From the NCBI GenBank assembly GCA_040767225.1, contig JAXGOY010000006.1, positions 1 through 50,082 of the forward strand: a stretch of 50,082 nucleotides of DNA, written 5' to 3'. Below are positions 38,124 to 45,258 of this stretch, in pieces. The stretch's first letter is position 1; each line of letters begins with the position of its first letter. The notes beneath the pieces were generated by a model, which was given only the letters and a program-made list of their open reading frames with translations, did not search any database and was not told the origin of the DNA. Position numbers and translations under genes: made by a program. The stretch comes from Candidatus Dojkabacteria bacterium. GTDB taxonomy: Bacteria > Patescibacteriota > Dojkabacteria > SC72.

Positions 38124-39287
38124 ATGAGTATTTTTTCTAAAACAGGAAAACAAGAGATGAAATTAAGTGAGGTTGTTTCCTTGATGTCAAAGTTAAGACT
38201 CCCCATATCTCTTGTCTTTACACCTGTTAATTTAAAGGAAGAGAAAGAAAAATTTTTAAATTCTGATTTGTATGAGCCTGTATTTAAGTATAGGGGGGTA
38301 AGAAATAATAATGAAGAAATATTAAAAAAGCTTTCTTCTTTAAAGCTGATTACTGATGTGGATCCAAGAATCTCCGACTTCTATATTCAACTAATTGCTT
38401 CAAAAAATGATTCTAATATTCTTATGAATGCAGTAGGAAATAACGAGCTTGTAACAGAGATGTCATATAAAAAGTATGGAGTACCAACTCCACTGCTTTT
38501 TAGAAATGCATCAAGAATTTTGAGAGGAAATACTAGTGGCTACAATACAATTAAGTCTCCTGTTATTAAAGAAAGTGATATTTTCCATTATGAAAAAATA
38601 AGAGAGGTTTTTAATCTTGTCTTTGAGCATTTTGGTTTGAATGATTGGCAGGTTCAAGCTTCATCTAAAATACAGAAAAATGGTGTTAAGGTGGGAGTAA
38701 AAAGTAAATGGGTTATTATGGATCCTAATATAGAGAGGTCTAAATTTAAGTTAAAAAAGACCTTAGTACATGAGGTTGGTACACATGTTTTTAGGTCTGT
38801 AAATGGACTGAATACTAAAATTGAAGCACTTTCAAAACCTAATCTACCAAAATATCTTGATATTGAGGAAGGTTTAGCCATATGGAATGAGTCTGATATG
38901 AACCTTCTTACATTAAAGAATTTTAAAAAGAGTGCTTCTTTTGTTTATGCAATATATATTGGTGAACAGTTGTCATTTAGGCAGTTGTATAATGCACTTT
39001 TAGCTGTTTTCCCTAAAAATACAGCATTTAATATTACATATAGGGTAAAAAGAGGGCTAGGGGATACAAGTTATCCAGGAACATATACAAAAGATATTGT
39101 TTATTTCAGGGGGTTTAAAAAGGTTAAGAAAGCATTAGAAAAAGACAAATCATTATATGAAAAACTTTATGCTGGTAAAATAGATCTTAAACAGTGTGAA
39201 TGGGTAGATGATGGCCTTATACCAAAAGCTAAAATAGTTCCATCTAAGCAGGAGTGGAATGATTTATTTAGGAAGGTGGGAATTTAA
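38124..39287 (+). CDS. DUF1704 / 'QEGLA-motif' / MATCAP-like putative metallocarboxypeptidase
   Basis: The ATG immediately follows the mreB TAA. HEVGTH (nt 38769-38786) and IEEGLAIWNE (EEGLA at 38865-38879) match the HExxxH...(Q/E)EGLA signature of the DUF1704 family. Confidence 0.7.
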   Translation: MSIFSKTGKQEMKLSEVVSLMSKLRLPISLVFTPVNLKEEKEKFLNSDLYEPVFKYRGVRNNNEEILKKLSSLKLITDVDPRISDFYIQLIASKNDSNILMNAVGNNELVTEMSYKKYGVPTPLLFRNASRILRGNTSGYNTIKSPVIKESDIFHYEKIREVFNLVFEHFGLNDWQVQASSKIQKNGVKVGVKSKWVIMDPNIERSKFKLKKTLVHEVGTHVFRSVNGLNTKIEALSKPNLPKYLDIEEGLAIWNESDMNLLTLKNFKKSASFVYAIYIGEQLSFRQLYNALLAVFPKNTAFNITYRVKRGLGDTSYPGTYTKDIVYFRGFKKVKKALEKDKSLYEKLYAGKIDLKQCEWVDDGLIPKAKIVPSKQEWNDLFRKVGI

Positions 39288-40228
39288 TCACTAAAGGCTG
39301 TAATTATGGCTTCAGCAATGTTAACTGGCTCTCCTTTTATTTTTGTCTCATATGCCTTAAATCCAGGATGTAAACTTATTTCCTGTAGTAATGGCTTTCC
39401 ATGCATTTCCATAATGTCAACGGCAATAAAATCTGCTTCTAAAATGCGTGTAACATTCTGCACAAAATTTTTAATCTCCTCTTCGGGATTGTTGTACATA
39501 GAATAAATTCCCTTACTCACGGTCATGAAACTTTTGTCTTTTCTTCTTTTCCATCCTCCTATGATTTCTCCTTTTTTTACAAACACTCTCATATCTGTAT
39601 CACTATCCGATAACTCTTGTATAAACATATTAGAAAGGTCTAAGTTTTTAATGTTATCTTTCTTAAAATCATCTGGAGTATCAATTTTGAAGATATTCTT
39701 TTTTATTAGCTCTTTTCCGTTTATCTCTTCAATTCTATTTTCTCCAGTACAGCTTTTAAGTATTAATGGATATGAATTAAGGATATCTCTTGGAGCCAAA
39801 TAGTTACCATCTGTTCTGTAATATGAGTTAAAGTAGGGGATATTATTTTGATGACAAAACAATGCTAGTGCAATTTTGTTGTAATATGGAAGTTTTTTAA
39901 TAGTTTTACTGTTTTGTACTAATATTTTGTTTTCTGGGTTGTTTATATTATGTTGATCAGTATATTCCACAATGTATCTTTTAAGCTGATATTGTGATTC
40001 GTTATGTAAATCATGTCCTCTGAATATGATATGACTGTATTTTCGTATATCTTCTCCTTTTACTTTTATTACTGTTTCACCATCGATAAATTCAAATTCA
40101 AGCTCATCAAAGTAGGCTAGAGTATGGGGGATATTTTTTTTATTCAATTCTTCCATTATTCTAATATCAGCACTTGCAATTTTTTCTTGTGTTATTCTTT
40201 GTCTTTTATCAAGTATTAAATATCTCAT
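39284..40228 (-). CDS. ATP-grasp ligase D, divergent RimK-like
   Basis: DMRVFVKKGEIIGGWKRR and FIAVDIMEMHGKPLLQEISLHPGF resemble the RimK-type ATP-grasp core. The start overlaps the stop of ligase C (TAATG). Confidence 0.55.
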   Translation of the reverse strand: MRYLILDKRQRITQEKIASADIRIMEELNKKNIPHTLAYFDELEFEFIDGETVIKVKGEDIRKYSHIIFRGHDLHNESQYQLKRYIVEYTDQHNINNPENKILVQNSKTIKKLPYYNKIALALFCHQNNIPYFNSYYRTDGNYLAPRDILNSYPLILKSCTGENRIEEINGKELIKKNIFKIDTPDDFKKDNIKNLDLSNMFIQELSDSDTDMRVFVKKGEIIGGWKRRKDKSFMTVSKGIYSMYNNPEEEIKNFVQNVTRILEADFIAVDIMEMHGKPLLQEISLHPGFKAYETKIKGEPVNIAEAIITAFSD

Positions 40229-41925
40229 TATTTTAATATTTTTATCTTATCTATTAATTTTTTCTTTTTGTATCTCTTTACAATCTTCATATTCTCTTTA
40301 TCATTGCTTAAATCTTTTGTAATACATAGTAGATTAATGTAATCAAATCCAAGACCATGTTCTATTACTTCGTTCCAGTTTCTGTAGTGTAGAATAATGG
40401 TGTCTAGGTAAGCATTACATTTAATTGCTTCTGTAGCTCTCCATCTTGTTAAGTTTCTGTTTACTTCTATACCATTGATTAAGTACCTATCATCAATTAA
40501 CTCTCCTACATTTTCATTTTCTTTGATAATGTTCTTTTTTCTAAGCAGAGTTGATACATCATTATTACTTTGTCCTACTACAACAAACCTTTTACATTTG
40601 TTTTCCTTAAGAAGCTCATCTATGTATATATCTGCAACATATCCACGCTGAGTACCTAGTACTGGATACATATTAAGATATGTTTCAGGCATTGTATTTA
40701 CTTCAAGTATTGCTCCATTACTCTTTGTGAGTGGCTTAGATATATCTTTACACATAATATCAACGCCAAGTGTAAATGCATGCATTGATGTAGCTATAGT
40801 TTCAACAATGCTCTTTATTTCCTTACATACACTATCAGTAAAATCTTGTGTAATACCTCCCTGACTCATACTTGCGACCTTTCTTACATAAACTCTTTGT
40901 CCTTTCTCAGGGATTGAGTCTAATGTAAGATTTTGCTGTGTAAGGTACTTTATTAATGGTTCATCAATCTTTATAGGCTTTAAAATATGTGCAGGATTTT
41001 TAATATCTCTTCTTGGATCTGAATTTTCCTGCTCAATTAGTTCTTTAATACTTTTGCTTCCATCTCCAGTCACAAAAGCAGGGATTCTCTTTGTTGCAAT
41101 TTGAAGCTTTCCATTTATAACAAGGAGCCTGTAATCTTCTCCGTATACCTGCTCTTGAATCATTATTTTTTCTTGCCATGCCTGTCTTACTCTGGTATCT
41201 ATTGCAGCTTTTGCATAATCAAAAGCATCTTGCGCCTTTTGAATAGTATCTATTCCTACAGTAACACCCTTGCCAGCTGTTAAGCCTGTTGGTTTTATAA
41301 CTACAGGTTTTTCATATTTATCCCAGACCTTTTTAATATATGATTTATTTGGGAGTAATTCCCATTTAGGAAGTGTCATACCAAGTCTTTGTAAAAAAGT
41401 ATTAGTTATCCATTTATCCCTTTGTAATTTCTGTGCTATATATGCATCTTTTGTTGAAGATGCAGAGCATGTTATCTGTGATCCTCTCCCGCATCCTAAA
41501 GTGAAGTATCTATTTGCTCCTTTGCCTATTTCTTCTTTTTCTGTAATCATTTCAGCAGATTCAATAATTGAAGGGGTTATTTCAATATTATTTTTCATAC
41601 AAGACTGAAGAAGCGAAATAGTAGACATTGATTTAATTCTTTTATTAATCAAAACATTTATAATTGATTCTTTTGCTTGGTTTAAAGTAATCTCTTGTTT
41701 TGAAAGTTTCTGCAATGTTTCTGCAGATTCTCTCCATAGAAATGGAAGTTTTGAAGATATTGTTAAAAGAGAAGGAGAGATAGTGTATTCATTTATAAAG
41801 ATAGTATGCAGAGATGAAATTGTATCAAGAAGTTCAGTTATATCTCCAATGTTGTTTCCATTTAAAGAAATTTTAACTCTTGATATCTCAGATTCTAGAT
41901 TTAGCCCTTGTATAGTTTGAATCAT
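40228..41925 (-). CDS. ATP-grasp ligase C, similar to the cyanophycin synthetase N and G domains, with a truncated and degenerate M-domain remnant
   Basis: CphA-like strings are LGCGRGSQITCSASSTKDAYIAQKLQRDKWITNTFLQRLGMTLP, VVIKPTGLTAGKGV, DYRLLVINGKLQIATKRIPAFVTGDGSKSIKELIEQENSDPRR and ILEVNTMPE. Where CphA has (I/V)xVTGTNGKTT this protein has FVVVGQSNNDVST. Confidence 0.65.
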   Translation of the reverse strand: MIQTIQGLNLESEISRVKISLNGNNIGDITELLDTISSLHTIFINEYTISPSLLTISSKLPFLWRESAETLQKLSKQEITLNQAKESIINVLINKRIKSMSTISLLQSCMKNNIEITPSIIESAEMITEKEEIGKGANRYFTLGCGRGSQITCSASSTKDAYIAQKLQRDKWITNTFLQRLGMTLPKWELLPNKSYIKKVWDKYEKPVVIKPTGLTAGKGVTVGIDTIQKAQDAFDYAKAAIDTRVRQAWQEKIMIQEQVYGEDYRLLVINGKLQIATKRIPAFVTGDGSKSIKELIEQENSDPRRDIKNPAHILKPIKIDEPLIKYLTQQNLTLDSIPEKGQRVYVRKVASMSQGGITQDFTDSVCKEIKSIVETIATSMHAFTLGVDIMCKDISKPLTKSNGAILEVNTMPETYLNMYPVLGTQRGYVADIYIDELLKENKCKRFVVVGQSNNDVSTLLRKKNIIKENENVGELIDDRYLINGIEVNRNLTRWRATEAIKCNAYLDTIILHYRNWNEVIEHGLGFDYINLLCITKDLSNDKENMKIVKRYKKKKLIDKIKILK

Positions 41926-41932
41926 GCTGTTA

Positions 41933-42907
41933 TTAAATCATTTTAGATATGTACTCTTGAATTGGAATTGCAACTCTAACTACCTCGCCTTCGTCAACTT
42001 TGTAGTGAAGTCTTAGGCCAGGATTATAATTTATTTCATTTACAGCACATTTCACAGGTTTTGTTATATCCTGGGTAATTATATCAACACCTCCAAACTT
42101 TGCTCCTATTGCATGTACTGCATTTACAGCAATATCTTTGTAATATTGATGTGTTTGTGAGGCACACTCCTGAGTAGTTCCTCCTGTTGTAAGATTGCAG
42201 TTGTATCTAAGTATTACCTCTTCATTTTCTTTAGGAATATATTTAAGACTTATACCCTTGTTCTCAAGTCTTTGATATACCTCATTATCAATGCGAATTG
42301 GCTTCATTAAATTCTTTTTTCTTTCTATATTTTTCTTTTTTATCAATGTTTGTATATTATCTTTTCCATTGCCAACTACAAAAGCAGGTTTTCTTCTTAC
42401 AATACCAATTACTCGATTCCCAAGTACTAGAAGTCTATAATTATCACCTTCTACAAACTCCTCACCAATTACTTTATGACTTCCCTTTGATGCACGGAGT
42501 GCTGAATTAAAGGCATTAATAACCTGTTTTTTATTTTGTGGAAGTAGTGATACACCAATTCCACCTAACTGTTGTGAAGGCTTAATTACAATATTTTTAT
42601 ATTCCTTAAAAAACCTTAACGCCTCATCTTTATTGTTTAGTGTAACTTGCTTAGGAACTGGAATGCTAAAGGAAGAAAGTATTTTATTTGTAAGATTCTT
42701 TCTTTTTGCTATTGTTGTACTTGGTGTATTTGTAAGTGGAGTAGCAGTATTAATTATATACCAGTGTTTATTTTCATTTTCAAACTTTGCAAGAAGACCA
42801 TGTACTAAAACAGTATATTTTATATTTAACTCATCTGCTGCTTCTAAATAGTAAGCAAGATGTACATTTCCTGCTTCTTTTAAGTATTGTTCGTATGATT
42901 TTGTCAT
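41933..42907 (-). CDS. ATP-grasp ligase B, cyanophycin synthetase G-domain-like only
   Basis: TATPLTNTPSTTIAKRKNLTNKILSSFSIPVP, VIKPSQQLGGIGV, NYRLLVLGNRVIGIVRRKPAFVVGNGKDNIQTLIKKKN and EINYNPGLRLHYKVDEGEVVRVAIPIQEYI are present. The protein ends where the CphA G domain ends. Confidence 0.65.
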   Translation of the reverse strand: MTKSYEQYLKEAGNVHLAYYLEAADELNIKYTVLVHGLLAKFENENKHWYIINTATPLTNTPSTTIAKRKNLTNKILSSFSIPVPKQVTLNNKDEALRFFKEYKNIVIKPSQQLGGIGVSLLPQNKKQVINAFNSALRASKGSHKVIGEEFVEGDNYRLLVLGNRVIGIVRRKPAFVVGNGKDNIQTLIKKKNIERKKNLMKPIRIDNEVYQRLENKGISLKYIPKENEEVILRYNCNLTTGGTTQECASQTHQYYKDIAVNAVHAIGAKFGGVDIITQDITKPVKCAVNEINYNPGLRLHYKVDEGEVVRVAIPIQEYISKMI

Positions 42908-42921
42908 ATGTTTAGTATATA

Positions 42922-44400
42922 TTAAAATGTATTGGTTGTATCTATTAGGTAACCTGTAAGATCGGTCTTACCAATAATTACTGGCTGAGAGATATCAGAG
43001 ATTTCTGTTGATATGAACTCTGTAATTTTTATCTGATCTTCTATCTTTATAGGGATATCAAATACAGGTCTTACTTTTATTTCTCCATTTTCTACAATTT
43101 TTGCAAGTCTTTTTATACTGCTATTCTTTATTATTTCTTCCTCATTTTTATCAATAAAGTCCTGAGCATCTTTAAGACTTTCAAATTTCTTAGGTATTCC
43201 ATATTTTTCAAACTGTTTATGGTCATTAAAATATCCAATTCTGTTAGCAAGTTTTGAATCAATTCTTGATGTAAGAACTCCTGTATCCATATATGCTTTT
43301 ACAAGCTCTCTTTTACTATCTTTGTATTTTTCAAGTTTAGACCTGTCTGCCTTTTTGTCGTATACATATATTCTTTCAACAATATTAAGAACCTTTCTTC
43401 CGCTTATTGCTTCTATACTTTCTTCTACTTCACCTCCAAAGAGGCTTTTTGCCACTCTTATTCCATGTTTTATACCTTTTATTTTTACATCTTTAACTTT
43501 TTCTAATCTCCATCTCAATCCTGCTTGATTTGCGACCTGAATACCAAGTCCTGGTCTTGCATTTACTTCAAATACGACAGGGCCTTTATCAGCGTCAAGT
43601 GCAATATCTACACCTACATACCCTAAACCTGTCACTTTTTGACATTTTAGGGCTATCTCAAGTAATGTATTCCATTGAGGTATCTGTATACCACTTAAAG
43701 GTTTGTTTTCTTTTAAATCTAATGTTGAATCTATTACTTCATATGTATCACTAATTAAAGAATTAGGCTTCATATGCATAGAGTAGGTGGTTATTCCTGT
43801 TCCTATATCTATTCCTGTACATATTGCGCCTGCATGAAGATTAGCAGTACCATTTGATCTTTTTGTTGGTAATCGTAGCATTGCCATAATGGGAACAAGA
43901 TTAAAGCAGATTATTCTTACATCGGGAACTCCTTTATATGAATATTGCTTAAGTAGTGGGTCTGTCTTTATTCTTTCCTCTATTATTGCGATATCATTTC
44001 CAAAACCCATAGAGAATCTTCCTTCTAATATGCTCTCTATATGAAGTATGATATCCCTTTGTGTCATTACTGTTCCATTAGGTCTTATCCATTCATATTT
44101 TCCTTTTTTCTTGCCATAGAATACAATTATTCCATTTCCTCCTGTCCCTGCATTTGGTTTTATAACAAAGCTTTTGGGAAGACTATCCCAATCAAGGAAT
44201 TCAAGCTGTTTTTTTGTTCTTATTAACTTATATACCTCAGGTGTTTGTATAAGCTCCTTTTTAAGAACTCTTTTAGTGTATATTTTATTATCTGCAATAG
44301 CCTTGGCAGATTGAGAGTTAAATGGCCTTACATATTCCTGATTTCTTCTATTTAGGCCAAGAACTTCCTTCTTTAATTTTATTGGATTATTACTTTTCAT
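42922..44400 (-). CDS. ATP-grasp ligase A, alpha-L-glutamate-ligase-like (RimK-related), fused to a C-terminal retropepsin-like domain
   Basis: LGLNRRNQEYV, ADNKIYTKRVL, VIKPNAGTGGNGI, VRIICFNLVPIMAMLRLPTKRSNGTANLHAGAICTGIDIGTG and GLGYVGVDIALDADKGPVVFEVNARPGLGIQVAN match the 'alpha-L-glutamate ligase-like' family as I recall it. The C-terminal roughly 150 aa carry KAYMDTGVLTSRID and ...PVIIGKTDLTGYLIDT, as in RimK-associated retropepsin-like ('Zn_protease') proteins. Confidence 0.7.
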   Translation of the reverse strand: MKSNNPIKLKKEVLGLNRRNQEYVRPFNSQSAKAIADNKIYTKRVLKKELIQTPEVYKLIRTKKQLEFLDWDSLPKSFVIKPNAGTGGNGIIVFYGKKKGKYEWIRPNGTVMTQRDIILHIESILEGRFSMGFGNDIAIIEERIKTDPLLKQYSYKGVPDVRIICFNLVPIMAMLRLPTKRSNGTANLHAGAICTGIDIGTGITTYSMHMKPNSLISDTYEVIDSTLDLKENKPLSGIQIPQWNTLLEIALKCQKVTGLGYVGVDIALDADKGPVVFEVNARPGLGIQVANQAGLRWRLEKVKDVKIKGIKHGIRVAKSLFGGEVEESIEAISGRKVLNIVERIYVYDKKADRSKLEKYKDSKRELVKAYMDTGVLTSRIDSKLANRIGYFNDHKQFEKYGIPKKFESLKDAQDFIDKNEEEIIKNSSIKRLAKIVENGEIKVRPVFDIPIKIEDQIKITEFISTEISDISQPVIIGKTDLTGYLIDTTNTF

Positions 44401-45055
44401 CCTCTCTTGTAGTAAATCTAAATCTAAAAAGATCCTTTATTCTTAATCCTTTAAAAGTACCAAGTAAAATATTAAATAGTGTTAGGAGAGGAATAATCCA
44501 TAGATTGTTTAATATGTAGTTAGAGATAATGTCCCTTGTTATTACAAACCATCCTGCAATTGCAACTAATATTGTTCCCAGTAGTGTAACAACAGATGTT
44601 TTTATTGACTTCTTAATATATTGTCTTATAAAGAAATCTGATAGTGTAGCTATACATATAAAGGCAAGAGGTGGAATGTTTGACATATTTTCTAAACCTA
44701 AGCCAAAGGTGTCTACTATTACAAAGAAGAGAACTAATACCATTGATAAAATAGTATAATTTGCAGCTATTCTTGTTATATAGTGCATTCTTACTCTTCT
44801 TAATACAGAGTATGAAAGAAGGGAAGTTAGTATAACAACAAAAGTAATTGCTAAACCATATTTTAATCCAGTATATGAATATGCTATAGCTAATATTATT
44901 GGTGCATATATTCCATATGTCTTACTTCCTACTATATATCTTGCAATACTTACAATTGTAGAAACAATACAAACAGATATTAAAAGTTCTAATACAGTCT
45001 GAGATACCCCATGATCAACAATCCATTGTGTAAAAGCTACAGAATTATTATTCAT
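44390..45055 (-). CDS. 7TM membrane protein related to the 7TM module usually fused to inactive transglutaminases (7TM_transglut-like)
   Basis: It is polytopic. ARYIVGSKTYGIYAPIILAIAY and the C-terminal LLGTFKGLRIKDLFRFRF match the GxxTFGxFxP...GRYTGLRLxELxRFR pattern of that family as I recall it. The 3' end overlaps the ligase A start by 11 nt. Confidence 0.6.
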   Translation of the reverse strand: MNNNSVAFTQWIVDHGVSQTVLELLISVCIVSTIVSIARYIVGSKTYGIYAPIILAIAYSYTGLKYGLAITFVVILTSLLSYSVLRRVRMHYITRIAANYTILSMVLVLFFVIVDTFGLGLENMSNIPPLAFICIATLSDFFIRQYIKKSIKTSVVTLLGTILVAIAGWFVITRDIISNYILNNLWIIPLLTLFNILLGTFKGLRIKDLFRFRFTTREDEK

Positions 45056-45089
45056 ATCCTTAATATTTTAAAGTTAAAGTTTATGCATA

Positions 45090-45119
45090 ATTATACTTTG
45101 TAAAGCATATTATTGTCGA
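45090..45119 (-). promoter_or_regulatory. Candidate promoter of the 7TM/ATP-grasp operon
   Basis: On the minus strand, TCGACA (45119-45114) is followed by an 18-nt spacer and TATAAT (45095-45090). Its -35 box overlaps the -35-like TTGTCG of the divergent plus-strand promoter. Confidence 0.4.
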
Positions 45120-45138
45120 ATGATATGAGTGGTATAAT
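45113..45138 (+). promoter_or_regulatory. Candidate promoter of the XRE-family gene (extended -10)
   Basis: TGgTATAAT lies at 45130-45138, and TTGTCG at 45113-45118 with a short spacer. It is followed by a leader of about 115 nt that contains two TGCAACCC direct repeats (45164-45171 and 45205-45212). Confidence 0.4.
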
Positions 45139-45258
45139 GAAAAACAGAGTATTTTGGGTAAAATGCAACCCCTAGTTTACATAAAGCAACTGTAAGCTGG
45201 TGGTTGCAACCCTGCAATACAGATAAAATTGGGCATTAAATTTAATATATAAATTAAT

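Noticed and set aside
45145-45258. The 5' leader of the XRE-family gene as a riboswitch or tRNA-like element.
   Set aside because: Only short 4-5 bp stems (GGGT/ACCC, GCAAC/GTTGC) are present and I recognise no riboswitch core. An operator-repeat interpretation is more parsimonious.
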